Shown here: positions 17,524 through 27,017 of the stretch, piece by piece
Layout of the letters: the number at the start of each line of letters is the position of its first letter
How positions within the stretch are numbered: position 1 is the first letter of the stretch
Virus record (IMG/VR): IMGVR_UViG_3300035185_000025
Location: 1-64,000 of that record
From: a virus
Reading direction: 5' to 3' (one strand)
Length of the DNA: 64,000 nt
Made by a program: the position numbers and the translations under genes
Notes under the pieces: model-generated
The model's input: only the letters and a program-made list of their open reading frames with translations
Told to the model about the DNA's origin: nothing
Databases searched by the model: none

Positions 17524-19412
17524 CGAGGCACCGTGATCCCCGTGCGCGTCTCGGTCACCTGGATCGAGTCGCGCACGTCGAGGAAGTTCACGGCCTGGAT
17601 CGCCGCGTCCCACCCGTCGGTGACGGACCAGGTCCACGTGACGATCCGAGTCCTGAACTCGCGCTGGATGTACTGAGTCGATGCTGCCGCCGCGTACTTT
17701 GCCGCGACGTCGATCGGCAGCCCGGCCAGCCGCGCCTGCTCGAGCTTCTCGAACTGCCCGCCCTCGGCGAGGATCAGCGCGGTCGAGATCAGCCCGCTCG
17801 CCGGATCATGCGGAGGGATCTCGACGGCGATCGGATCGCGCGGGCGCAGGGCGAACAGGTCTCCGATCACGCCGGCCTGAAGGTTCTCGGGCAGCGCCGA
17901 GAGCACCGGCGTCCGGATCGAGACGACAAGATCCCCGCGCGAGAGTTGCTCGTAGACCGAGGCAGCCGCCCGGGTGAGCGCGGACACGATCGCGTCCGGC
18001 GAGCCTCCGGTGATCGAGTCGAGGTTCACGACCTTGATCTCGTCTCGGTCGCCCTGGCCTGTTGGGCTCGGCCTGCCGTTGCGAGCGAGCGGTGGCCACG
18101 TACCGGAGTAGCGGATCCCGGTCGCCGTATCGAAGCCGCGGATCTGGATCGTCGGCACCGCCGTGCCCTTGAGCGAGCGCTCGAACGTGATCTCCTCCGC
18201 GTTGCCGCCGTGGACGAACACCCGCGTCGAGGTCGGCGGCGGGAAGATGTCTCCGGCGGTCGTCGATGCGCGGTAGTAGTTGCGCGGGTTCGTGATCACG
18301 ATCTCCGACGCGGTGAGGAACGGATCCCGCGGCAGCCTGACGTCCACGATGTAGCCGGCGCTGTATACGAGCTCGGTGATGAAGTCCCAGTAGCTCACCT
18401 TCTGGCGGTTGCCCTTGCTCTTGCGGCGGCCTCGCTTCGCAGCCCCTCGCGAGTCGACCCACTGCTTGGGCCTGATCTCGTCGATCGTCGGCAGCAACTC
18501 GGGCACGCCGGGTGCGGACTGGACGTCGTTGAAGACCCGCATGCCGCGGAAGCCGGGGAGGCCGAAGCGGCGTGACGCCGGCGGTAGCGCGGAGCCAGAT
18601 TGCTTGAGCCCGTTCGCCTGCTGGCGGAGCGCCTGCGCCTCGGCTCGCGCAGCGATGGCGCCCGCGTCGTTGCCGTCCGCAGCGAGATCAGCAGCCTCGG
18701 CGTCCTTCGCTCGCGCGTCCTTCAGGAGCCGCCTCCTACCGCGTCCAAGCTCGCGCGTCTTCTGCTCGTTGAAGCGCTTGTCGACGGACTCGGTCTGCGC
18801 GAGCGCGTCGCCGGTGAGCAGGAGTTGGATCGCCTCGTCGAGTCGAAGGAAGCCCGGCAGATCCTCGAGCATGTTCGGCGGGATCTCGGCGTCGAGGAGC
18901 TCGCCCGTCAGATCCCGGCCTTCGATCTCGACCACGTGCTCGCCGATCTGGATCCCATGCTTGTCGGCGAAGCCCCGGATCAGCTCGTTGCTGACGCCGC
19001 CGAAGCTCGTGGGGACGCCGGTGAGCGGGGACGGGACGTCCGGCAGGTAGAGCGCGTCGGCGTCGGGCGCCTGGCCTGCGGCGTACTCGGCAGGCGTGAA
19101 GACGCCTCCGAAGATCTGCACCGTCATCGCCCGGATCAGCCGCGGATCGAACGGCAGCCGCGCGAGCGGGATCGAGACCTTGAATGTGTCCGCCTTGCGG
19201 TAGTTGTTCAGCTCGAGCGTGCAGGTCTCGGGCACGATGTCGTCGCCGAGTTGGACGAAGGTCGACGCGAGCGCGGCGAGGGTAGGCGCGCCGAAGGACT
19301 CGACCCCGCTCCCGGGTGCGGTCGGCGACGGGACCGGTGGCGCGAACGCCTGCGCCTGGTCCTCGAACCGGACCTTGATCCTGACCTTGCAGCCGACCCA
19401 GTACTGCGTCAT
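17520..19412 (-). CDS. baseplate hub (gpD/Mu gp44-like)
   Basis: LNNYRKADTFKV, IRGFAD, VEIEGRDLTGELLD; class A TACACT-N6-ATG. Confidence 0.75.
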   Translation of the reverse strand: MTQYWVGCKVRIKVRFEDQAQAFAPPVPSPTAPGSGVESFGAPTLAALASTFVQLGDDIVPETCTLELNNYRKADTFKVSIPLARLPFDPRLIRAMTVQIFGGVFTPAEYAAGQAPDADALYLPDVPSPLTGVPTSFGGVSNELIRGFADKHGIQIGEHVVEIEGRDLTGELLDAEIPPNMLEDLPGFLRLDEAIQLLLTGDALAQTESVDKRFNEQKTRELGRGRRRLLKDARAKDAEAADLAADGNDAGAIAARAEAQALRQQANGLKQSGSALPPASRRFGLPGFRGMRVFNDVQSAPGVPELLPTIDEIRPKQWVDSRGAAKRGRRKSKGNRQKVSYWDFITELVYSAGYIVDVRLPRDPFLTASEIVITNPRNYYRASTTAGDIFPPPTSTRVFVHGGNAEEITFERSLKGTAVPTIQIRGFDTATGIRYSGTWPPLARNGRPSPTGQGDRDEIKVVNLDSITGGSPDAIVSALTRAAASVYEQLSRGDLVVSIRTPVLSALPENLQAGVIGDLFALRPRDPIAVEIPPHDPASGLISTALILAEGGQFEKLEQARLAGLPIDVAAKYAAAASTQYIQREFRTRIVTWTWSVTDGWDAAIQAVNFLDVRDSIQVTETRTGITVPR

Positions 19413-19435
19413 GGGCGGAGTGTAGCGCGGCCGGT

Positions 19436-19882
19436 GGCGCGCACCTCAGATCGGGAAGCGATCGTGTCTCGCGTCGGTAGGGGTAGACATGTTCACATCC
19501 CTCTACATCAAGCTGACCACCGAGAACGATGACGGGTATGTCGAAGTCTCGCGCTGGGATGGCGTCGACCCTGTCGAGCCAGGTGACCTCCTCACGATCC
19601 ACGGTCCAGGTGCCGGTATGGTGACCGATATGGTGACCGCCAAAATCGACGCTCGTCGATGGGGTGTCCAGCGCGGCGACCGGGTTCGCTCACTCGAACT
19701 CTACGCGCATCTCGTTCGCTTCGACGGGACGCCTGGCGACATCCCTGCCGACGAAGCGGTGCAGATCGTGCGCCGAGAACTTGCGGCGTCAGGCGACGAC
19801 GCCGAAACGATCGACGACGTGATGGAGAGCGATTTCTCGAAGATCGTGTTGGACAAGCGGTAACCGCGGCGCGCACCTCAGA
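19436..19882 (+). repeat. 15-bp direct repeat at 19436-19450 and 19868-19882 flanking a promoter+gene cassette
   Basis: GGCGCGCACCTCAGA exact twice. Confidence 0.9.
19489..19863 (+). CDS. hypothetical protein (moron-like cassette)
   Basis: class B motif 19453-19488. Confidence 0.7.
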   Translation: MFTSLYIKLTTENDDGYVEVSRWDGVDPVEPGDLLTIHGPGAGMVTDMVTAKIDARRWGVQRGDRVRSLELYAHLVRFDGTPGDIPADEAVQIVRRELAASGDDAETIDDVMESDFSKIVLDKR

Positions 19883-19919
19883 GGTTGCGCCGTCGGCCTG
19901 TCCGCGCGAGCCTGGTGCG

Positions 19920-20787
19920 GTGGACAGCGACGCCCCAGCCCTGCACCCGCGCCTGGTCCCGATCGCGGATCTGAACCTGGATCCGAAGAACGCTCGGCTG
20001 CACAGCGAGCGCAACCTGTCCGCGATCGGCTACTCGCTGAGCAAGTTCCGGCAGCGCAAGGCGATCGTGGTCAACCGGCGCACCATGACGGTCGAGGCCG
20101 GCAACGGGACGATCACCGCGGCGCTCGAACTCGGTGCGGATCACATCGTGGCGGTGTTCGTCGACGATGAAGACGCGGACGCGGCCGAGTACGCGCACAT
20201 CGACAACCGAACCGCAGATCTGGCCGAGTGGGACCCCGACCAACTCGCGGCCAACATCGGCGAGTTCCCGGACCTCGACTGGTCCGCGGGCGGATGGGAG
20301 CCCGCGGACTTCGAGGACTTCGAGGTTAATGCGGTGGCTCCTGCGACTCGTCACGCCTCCTGGCGGGACGGTGCTCGAATCGTTCGGCGGCAGCGGGACC
20401 ACGCTCGTCGCGGCCGCTGGGCTCGACTGCAAGGTCATCGTGGTCGAGATGGCTCCCGAGTACTGTGACATCATTCGAGCACGCGGCGAGTGGTCGATCT
20501 CCGACAGGTCCGGGTCACCGCAGACCCGCCCCGCGCGAGCGCCTCGGACAGCCGCCCGCGACGGCGACAAGCGGCAGGCCCGGCGGCGCATCCAGACCTT
20601 GATCCAGAATGGCACGCTGCCCGCCCCAGCAGACGTCACCTGCGTCGACTGCCAGGCCGCTCCGGGGCGCGAGTACGATCACCACCTCGGGTATGCGGCG
20701 GAGCACCACGAGGACGTCGAGGCCCTCTGCGCGAGCTGCCACCACAAGCGCGAGGCTGACCGCGCGAACGCGAAAGCCCCGGCATGA
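19920..20787 (+). pseudogene. internally deleted, frameshifted ParB-N6/N4 DNA methylase fused to an HNH-like Zn domain
   Basis: ParB-N (LDPKNARLH...AGNG) in one frame; MTase C-terminus (LVTPPGGTVLESFGGSGTT...EMAPEYCDII) in another from about 20329; no D/NPPY; then CVDC...DH...LCASCH. Confidence 0.65.
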
Positions 20788-20802
20788 TCCGGGGCTCGAT
20801 GG

Positions 20803-21096
20803 TCACGCAGCCGAGGCGCGCGCGGATCGGAGAGACGCGATCCCGTCGGCCGTCGCAGTGACCGCCGAGCGGGCGCTATCGGTGTCGTACCCAGCCTCGT
20901 CGAGGTAGAGCAGAGCATCGGAGGCGATGCGGGCGACCTGCTCGGCGATGGCGTCCCAATCGTCCTCGTCGAGGTCCGCGAAGGCGCGGTCCTGCGGAGA
21001 CTGGACGGGCGCGTTGCTCGTGGCCTTGGTGGTCAGCGCGCGGAACTTGCGGGCGATGTCGGCGAAGCGTTCGGGGGCGGTTTTGTAGTTGGTCAT
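20803..21096 (-). CDS. hypothetical protein
   Basis: MTNYKTAP; GAGGAAG RBS; class C motif 21141-21147 upstream. Confidence 0.65.
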   Translation of the reverse strand: MTNYKTAPERFADIARKFRALTTKATSNAPVQSPQDRAFADLDEDDWDAIAEQVARIASDALLYLDEAGYDTDSARSAVTATADGIASLRSARASAA

Positions 21097-21174
21097 CGGT
21101 CTTCCTCGGGCTCGGTGGGTCCAACCGCGACCCTCTGGCGCTATTCCTCGCCATGCGATGTTTTTCGATCTTTC

Positions 21175-21196
21175 TCGCAAGCCAGCGAGATCACTA
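21175..21196. repeat. 22-bp element, copy 2
   Basis: identical to 8571-8592. Confidence 0.9.
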
Positions 21197-21198
21197 CG

Positions 21199-21519
21199 TT
21201 ATTCGCCGTCGAGCCGCCCGCGCATCACCGCGTTGTCCATCGCCTGCTCGGCCGACGCAGCCTCCGCGCCGCAGATCTCGCAGACCGGAGACGGCAAGCA
21301 GTGGTGCGGCTCGGCGGCCCATCGGAGCGCGGCACGGACGAACCTGGCGGTCTCCGTGTCCGCCGTCGTGTCGACCTCGGCGATCACGATCTCGCCCGGG
21401 TGCTCGTCCATGTCGCACGGGCTGATCGCGATCGTTCCGTCGGCGAGCCCGATGCCGATCGCCGGCAAGCCGTGCTCGTTGAAGCACCAGCAGATCGTGA
21501 CCTTCACGGCGCCCTGCAC
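21199..21519 (-). CDS. hypothetical protein
   Basis: ORF coupled to 21504..21917; start uncertain. Confidence 0.5.
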   Translation of the reverse strand: MQGAVKVTICWCFNEHGLPAIGIGLADGTIAISPCDMDEHPGEIVIAEVDTTADTETARFVRAALRWAAEPHHCLPSPVCEICGAEAASAEQAMDNAVMRGRLDGE

Positions 21520-21917
21520 CCGGAGATGATCCGCGACTTCATCATGTCGAGCGCGCCGAGGATCCGGAACATGTCGTGCTCACCCGCGACGCCCGTGATC
21601 ACCTCGCGCCCGGTGAGCTCCCCGGCGATCGCAACCGCGAGAAGTTCGCCGGACTCGGCTCGCTCGAGCAGGGTGCGGAGGTAGGCGACCACGCGATCGT
21701 CGGCTGCCGGCTTGACCTCGGCGAGCGCGGGCGCGTCGTCTGGTTGCTGGCCGGCCTCGTACGGCGTGCCCTCAAGCTCGGTGTAGACCCAACGCTCGAC
21801 CTCATTACGGTAGTGAGAGAGGCCGCCGACGTTGCGGCAGACGGTGTCTGCGATGGCCATCGACAACTTGATGATCTGTTTCGTGGTCAGCGCGAGCTTG
21901 TGCGGGTTGTCGCTCAT
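21504..21917 (-). CDS. hypothetical protein
   Basis: LLERAESGELLAVAI pattern; ATGA coupling. Confidence 0.65.
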   Translation of the reverse strand: MSDNPHKLALTTKQIIKLSMAIADTVCRNVGGLSHYRNEVERWVYTELEGTPYEAGQQPDDAPALAEVKPAADDRVVAYLRTLLERAESGELLAVAIAGELTGREVITGVAGEHDMFRILGALDMMKSRIISGCRAP

Positions 21918-22177
21918 GAAAGCCCCTCAATCATGTCCTCGATGAGCGGCATCCCGGAGTCGACAGCCTCTCGCTTCATGATGCCTAGTCGCCTCGCCGC
22001 CTCCGCGCGGTCTTCTTCTGGGACTAGATCGATGACGCGTGCGAGTGCCCACAGACGACCGTCCCAGAACCCGTCGGTGAACGCGTCGTCGCGGCCGAGG
22101 CTGTACTTGGACGCCTTGACTGCCCATGCTCCGTGCGCCGTTGTCTTTGCGCTCGATAGATCTTTGTTTTGCAGCAT
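21914..22177 (-). CDS. hypothetical protein
   Basis: class B start MLQNKD. Confidence 0.6.
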   Translation of the reverse strand: MLQNKDLSSAKTTAHGAWAVKASKYSLGRDDAFTDGFWDGRLWALARVIDLVPEEDRAEAARRLGIMKREAVDSGMPLIEDMIEGLS

Positions 22178-22246
22178 GGTCGAACTACCGCGCCGGCGGC
22201 TGGCCGCTTCCCGGAAGCGTTCGCGCTCGCCGTCGGTAGGGTGGTC
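22178..22246. promoter_or_regulatory. bidirectional class B promoter pair, palindrome CGCTTCC-C-GGAAGCG (22205-22219)
   Basis: GGAAGC-N16-GGTAG-N7-ATG on both strands. Confidence 0.75.
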
Positions 22247-22534
22247 ATGGCCAGCGCACGCGACCTCATCATCAGCCTTGGCGCCGAGTTGTCGGACCAG
22301 GAGAACGTCGCCCACGACCTCTGGACATGGCTCCCGTCCTACAAGGTCGCCAAGGAGTTGCGAGGGGACTACGCCTGCGAGTACCGGCCTGGCGTCGCCG
22401 ACGTGATGCGCGATGCCATGGCGTTGATCTCCACCCTTCAGGATGCGCTCGGGGAGGCGGCTTTCGATGATGTGATTGAAGCTCTGGCCGAGACCGTCCG
22501 CGAGGAGTGGGCAGCCGACCTCAAAGAGGTCTGA
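22247..22534 (+). CDS. hypothetical protein
   Basis: class B start MASARDL. Confidence 0.65.
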   Translation: MASARDLIISLGAELSDQENVAHDLWTWLPSYKVAKELRGDYACEYRPGVADVMRDAMALISTLQDALGEAAFDDVIEALAETVREEWAADLKEV

Positions 22535-22537
22535 TCC

Positions 22538-22948
22538 ATGTCGCTGGCCGACACGCTACGAGCAGACGCAGCCGAGGTCCTCGACGCGATCACGTCCGCG
22601 CCGGACGGCTTGACGGTCCGCGAGATCACGTACTCGACCACGATCCGCCAAGGCCGCGCACGCGAAGCGCTGGCCTATCTGCTCGGCGCGTCGGCGGTCA
22701 CGTGCGCGACGGAGCCAGGCCGTGGCGCCACCGTCAGCGGCACGAAGGGACCGGCGCAGGTCTGGCGCGTGGCTGAGCCGGGCTCGCTGCCGCCGTTCGA
22801 CCACGTCTACGCCGCGATCGAGGACGTGCAGGAGACCCTCGGCGAGGTCTGGGCCAGCGCTCCGAGCGGGCTTCGAAACCGGATGGAGTGCTGCATGGCC
22901 TGGCTCGGGCGCGCGATCAAGCGCATCGACGGCGAGCCGGTCGACTAG
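22538..22948 (+). CDS. possible winged-helix DNA-binding protein
   Basis: VLDAI...GLTVREI...AREALAYL pattern. Confidence 0.5.
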   Translation: MSLADTLRADAAEVLDAITSAPDGLTVREITYSTTIRQGRAREALAYLLGASAVTCATEPGRGATVSGTKGPAQVWRVAEPGSLPPFDHVYAAIEDVQETLGEVWASAPSGLRNRMECCMAWLGRAIKRIDGEPVD

Positions 22949-24099
22949 TTGATCGCCGGCACCCGCACCAGAGTCCCGCGCGGCACCGTGTCGCTGTAGA
23001 AGCCGTTGTAGTTCGAGATCACCGTCCACTGCGTCGGATCCCCGTAGTTCTCCGAGGCCACGTCGCGCAGGCTCGTCAGCGTGTCAGCGAGGAACGTCGA
23101 GAGGATCTCGGTCCCCTCGAACAACTCGAGGAGCCGCTGCTGCTCTGCCGCGAACGCAGCGAGTTCCTGCAGCCGTTCGCGCAGCAACGACTCGATCAGC
23201 GCCGCGTTCGCCGTGGCCGAAGGCGATCCGACGAGCGAGGCGTCTCCTCGGGCTGATCGGATCTCGGAGATGTCCTGCAGCAGCCCCCGCGCGGCGAGAC
23301 GGATCAGCGCGAGCTGTCCCTGGATCGTCGAGAGCAGATCCTGAGGCACCGACGCGATCGAGACGATCCCGCGCAGCGCTTCGATGATCCCGACGATCAG
23401 CGCGCCGATCGTGGTGATCGCTGCGACGAGCCGGCGAACGAATGCGTTCGGCTGTCGCAGGCTCAGCAGCGCTTCGATCACGGCGAGGATCGTGGCCAGG
23501 ATCGCAGCGAGGCCGGCCGCGACGCTGAGCGCGTTGAACTCGACGAAGCGGCGCACCGGGCTGAACTCGGTGACGCCGCTCCACTCGAACTCGAGCTCGA
23601 ACTCGACGTCGCTGATCCGCAAGAACCGCGGCGTGAAGCGCTTGATGATCCCGTAGCGGACGTATTGATCCCACGTCACGCGGACCTTCTGCTGGTCCGT
23701 GGTCATCAGCGTGAGCGCGTCGACGACCACGCGCGCAAGCTGGGCGGGCTGCGACGACGGGAACACGGCGGTCGTGACGAAGGTGCCGCCGGCAGCGACG
23801 CCGGACTGCGGGATCCCGGCGCCGCTGACCTGCGGGAACCCGACCAGGTCGACGCCGTTGCTCGCCGTGTTGCTGAGCAGGAAGCGGTCCTTCCACATGC
23901 CGGTGAGCACGGTGTTGCTCAGCATCGAGCCGAGCACCTGCTGCGTCGCCACGGGGTTCGCGGGGAGCCAGGTCTGCTTGGTGCGGATCTCGACGCCGAG
24001 TTCGATCGGCTGGTAGGGCAGGCCGCGGCCCTTGAAGATCATCAGCCGGCGCGGGCCCGTGACCTGCTCGATCGTCAGCGGCGAGGCGTTGCTGGGCAT
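22945..24099 (-). CDS. tail tube initiator/baseplate protein with C-terminal LysM-like (gpX) domain
   Basis: SLRDVASENYGDPTQWTVISNYNG...GTLVRVP; downstream of tape measure. Confidence 0.75.
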   Translation of the reverse strand: MPSNASPLTIEQVTGPRRLMIFKGRGLPYQPIELGVEIRTKQTWLPANPVATQQVLGSMLSNTVLTGMWKDRFLLSNTASNGVDLVGFPQVSGAGIPQSGVAAGGTFVTTAVFPSSQPAQLARVVVDALTLMTTDQQKVRVTWDQYVRYGIIKRFTPRFLRISDVEFELEFEWSGVTEFSPVRRFVEFNALSVAAGLAAILATILAVIEALLSLRQPNAFVRRLVAAITTIGALIVGIIEALRGIVSIASVPQDLLSTIQGQLALIRLAARGLLQDISEIRSARGDASLVGSPSATANAALIESLLRERLQELAAFAAEQQRLLELFEGTEILSTFLADTLTSLRDVASENYGDPTQWTVISNYNGFYSDTVPRGTLVRVPAIN

Positions 24100-24213
24100 G
24101 CGGGAAGTCTACGCGACGAGCGGCGGTATGGCGGGCATGAGCCACAACAATACGCTCGCAGCGGCCTGCGGCCTGTTCGACCGTGACACGAACGCTGCTC
24201 TTGAGGTGGATGC

Positions 24214-24471
24214 GTGAGCTATCGAAGCCTCTCCGTCGTAGAGAAAGCGTATCCAGAAAGCGAGTGCTGGCGATGCGATCACGGTATCGACGAAGGTATC
24301 GCCGTGCGCTGCGCGATCTCACCTCGGTTCAGCATCGATGAGCCGGCGTGGACGGCCTGGTACAGGCGCGCTGATGCGAAGCGATGTGTCGATTTCGAAC
24401 CGAACTGGTGGGTTCGCCTGCGCGTGAAGGCGAGGCGATGGCCCATGTTCGTCGTGACGCAGGATCACTAG
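24214..24471 (+). CDS. Cys-rich hypothetical protein (preceded by 26-aa ORF 24137..24217)
   Basis: CWRC...C...CVDFEP; class B motif at 24102. Confidence 0.55.
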   Translation: MSYRSLSVVEKAYPESECWRCDHGIDEGIAVRCAISPRFSIDEPAWTAWYRRADAKRCVDFEPNWWVRLRVKARRWPMFVVTQDH

Positions 24472-24800
24472 ATCTTGACCAGATCGGTTATCCGTCCACA
24501 GGTCGGGCACGCGCATGGTGGCTTGACCACCTGGCCAAGATCAATCGCCTCGGCGAAGACGAATCCAGAAAACGCCAGAACTGGATATTTCTCGGCGTTG
24601 GCGCGCTCAGGCTCAGGCTCAGGCGTGCCGCCTTGAGGCGCGGGCATCTTATGGCAGTAGGCGTTGCCACGCAGGTGACCGTAGGGACCGATGGTCATCT
24701 GGATCGGCATCTTGATGACCATGTCATCAAATGGATCCTTGATGGCGCCGAGGCTCTTCGTCTGGAACGACATCTCGGACAGTATACTGCGCGTGGCCAT
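24468..24800 (-). CDS. hypothetical protein with C-terminal CPTC
   Basis: ORF downstream of tape measure. Confidence 0.55.
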   Translation of the reverse strand: MATRSILSEMSFQTKSLGAIKDPFDDMVIKMPIQMTIGPYGHLRGNAYCHKMPAPQGGTPEPEPERANAEKYPVLAFSGFVFAEAIDLGQVVKPPCACPTCGRITDLVKI

Positions 24801-24815
24801 GGTCGCTTCCTACGG

Positions 24816-27008
24816 CTAGGTGCCCTGCTCGACGGCCTCGTACGGCTGCACGCGCCTGTCTGACTGCTTCTCGGCGTACTGGATGAATCCGGCCATCAAC
24901 CTGTCCACGTCCGGGTCCGTCGTGTTGATCACGATCTTCTGGTCGATCTTCGTGGCCTTGCCCTTGCGGCCTCCGCCCTTGGCGCCTTTGCCGGTGAGCA
25001 TGTCGGTGAGCGCGCCCTCGAGGCTCTTGGCCTTCTTCTTCGCGGCCTCGAGTTGCATCGGGGAAAGCTGGGCCTCGGCGATCGCATCGGCGGCCTTCTT
25101 GAACTTGTCGGCCTGCTGGAATGTGTTCTGCGCCGAGTCGTGCGTCGCCTGCGACATCTTCTCGATCGATCCGATCGCGCCGTCGAGCCCGTCGCCGATC
25201 TTCGGGATCTTGGCGAGCACGCGCAGGCCCTCGCCGATCAACTGGAACACTGCGGCGAGACCGAGCTTGAGCGCGCCCCAGGCTTCGATCCCGAACGCGA
25301 CCACGCGGATCATCCCGCCAAGGACGGTGCTCGCCATGTCGACCGCTCCGGTGAGCATGTCGAGCCCTCCGACCATGACGCCGGCCGCAGAGATGTCGCC
25401 AAAGATCGCCTCGCCGACCAGCTTGAGGCGCTCCCAGAACGTGTAGAGCGCGGTGATCAACGGGACCAGCGTGATGCGTCCGTCCTCGATCGCGGTGACG
25501 ATCGACGACTTGATCTTGTCCCAGTTGGAGATCATGTAGGCCGCGAGTCCGCCGACGATCAGCGCGACGCCGGAGAACGCGAGTAGCAGCCCACCGGCCG
25601 CCACGCTCGCGCCCGCGAGCATCGTCGCCATGGTCCCGAAGCGGAGCACCGTCCGGTCGAGGTTGGGCCCGACCTTCGCGCCAAGCATGCTGGCGAGCGC
25701 GCCGAAGCCCTTCTGTACTCGCGACGGTCCCTTATCGCTCATCCTCCGGCCGCGGCGGAGGTGCTCGGCCTGCATGCGCTTGCGCCCGAAGTCCCTAGCT
25801 CGACCGACGCCGGCCCCGACGGCCTTGGCTGCGGCTGCGCCCTTGCCCACCGCGATCATCCCGTAGCCGGCGACCAGGCGCGCCGTGGCGACGACGCTCG
25901 CGGCCTTGAGCGCTGCGCCGGCCAGCACGCCGGCCTGTTGGATCTTGGTGGCGATCATCGCCCAGTTGTTGGCTACGTACTCGGCCCCCTTGATCAGCTT
26001 TCCGAACACGTAGTCGGCCGCTCGAGCGAGCTGCTGGCCGGCGAACGAAGCGACGATCTCGAGTCGCTTCAGCGGGGAGTCTGGCCCGGCCGCCGTCTCC
26101 ATCGCGCGCTTCATCGAATCCATGAGCGGCTTGCCGAACGCGCCCGCGAGCGTCTGCCCCATGGACTTGATAGTCGAGGCCATGCCGCCGAAGGACTTGC
26201 CGAACGCGTCGGAGACTTCTCCGCCCATCGACTCGCCGACCATCTCGACGATCCGCAGCGCTTGGTCCGGGTCCAGCTTGGCGGCCTTGTTCCACTGCGC
26301 GTTGAAGTCGGCGACGGCCTTCTCCCCGGTCACGGTCTCGAACGCCTTCTCGAACGCCGGCCGCAACTGTTGGAACGTCAGGTTGTCCATCTCGGCCATG
26401 CCCTTGACGATCCGGCCGACGTCCATCCCGAGCTGCTTGTAGTCGCCCGCCGTGGCGAACCCGAGCAGCGACATGTTCGCCATGAGATCACGCTGGCGCT
26501 TCAGATCTCCGGTCACGCCGCTGACCGCAGGTGCCATGGAGCGATACGCGAGCGCGACGTCCTCGAACGTGGCCGGCGACTTCTTCGCGATGTCGTACAG
26601 CTCTTGCTGCATCGCCTCGGCTTGCTCGACCGACTTCTCGAACAGGCTCATCTTGCCGCTGGCGACGTCGGCCGATTTGTTCATCAGGCCGAAGGTCGTG
26701 TACATGGTGCCGAGACCGAGCGCGCCCTGCTCCATCACGTTGTTGAAGCGGATCCCCTCGCGCGCCGCCAAGGCCACGCCGCCCGCGAGCCCTGCCGCGC
26801 CGGCGAAGATCGCCCCGCGAGCCATGTCGCGGATCGTCGCGCCCATGGTCCCGCGCACGCGCTCGCCACCGGCCACGAGCCGGTCGGACATCGACGAGTA
26901 GCTGCGCCCGAGCTTGTCGGCCGCGCGCGCCGAGCCGGCCATCTCCTTTTGAAACGAGCCCTGCGTGCGCAAGAACGCGTTGACGTCGTATGTCACGCCC
27001 TGCGGCAT
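24816..27008 (-). CDS. tail tape measure protein
   Basis: 730 aa, Ala/Gly-rich helical, IAKKSPATFEDV tape-measure motif, NWDKIK; follows the chaperones. Confidence 0.9.
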   Translation of the reverse strand: MPQGVTYDVNAFLRTQGSFQKEMAGSARAADKLGRSYSSMSDRLVAGGERVRGTMGATIRDMARGAIFAGAAGLAGGVALAAREGIRFNNVMEQGALGLGTMYTTFGLMNKSADVASGKMSLFEKSVEQAEAMQQELYDIAKKSPATFEDVALAYRSMAPAVSGVTGDLKRQRDLMANMSLLGFATAGDYKQLGMDVGRIVKGMAEMDNLTFQQLRPAFEKAFETVTGEKAVADFNAQWNKAAKLDPDQALRIVEMVGESMGGEVSDAFGKSFGGMASTIKSMGQTLAGAFGKPLMDSMKRAMETAAGPDSPLKRLEIVASFAGQQLARAADYVFGKLIKGAEYVANNWAMIATKIQQAGVLAGAALKAASVVATARLVAGYGMIAVGKGAAAAKAVGAGVGRARDFGRKRMQAEHLRRGRRMSDKGPSRVQKGFGALASMLGAKVGPNLDRTVLRFGTMATMLAGASVAAGGLLLAFSGVALIVGGLAAYMISNWDKIKSSIVTAIEDGRITLVPLITALYTFWERLKLVGEAIFGDISAAGVMVGGLDMLTGAVDMASTVLGGMIRVVAFGIEAWGALKLGLAAVFQLIGEGLRVLAKIPKIGDGLDGAIGSIEKMSQATHDSAQNTFQQADKFKKAADAIAEAQLSPMQLEAAKKKAKSLEGALTDMLTGKGAKGGGRKGKATKIDQKIVINTTDPDVDRLMAGFIQYAEKQSDRRVQPYEAVEQGT

Positions 27009-27017
27009 GCAGGGAGT

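Noticed and set aside
24604-24625. GCTCAG tandem repeat
   Set aside because: Encodes a PEPEPE linker only.
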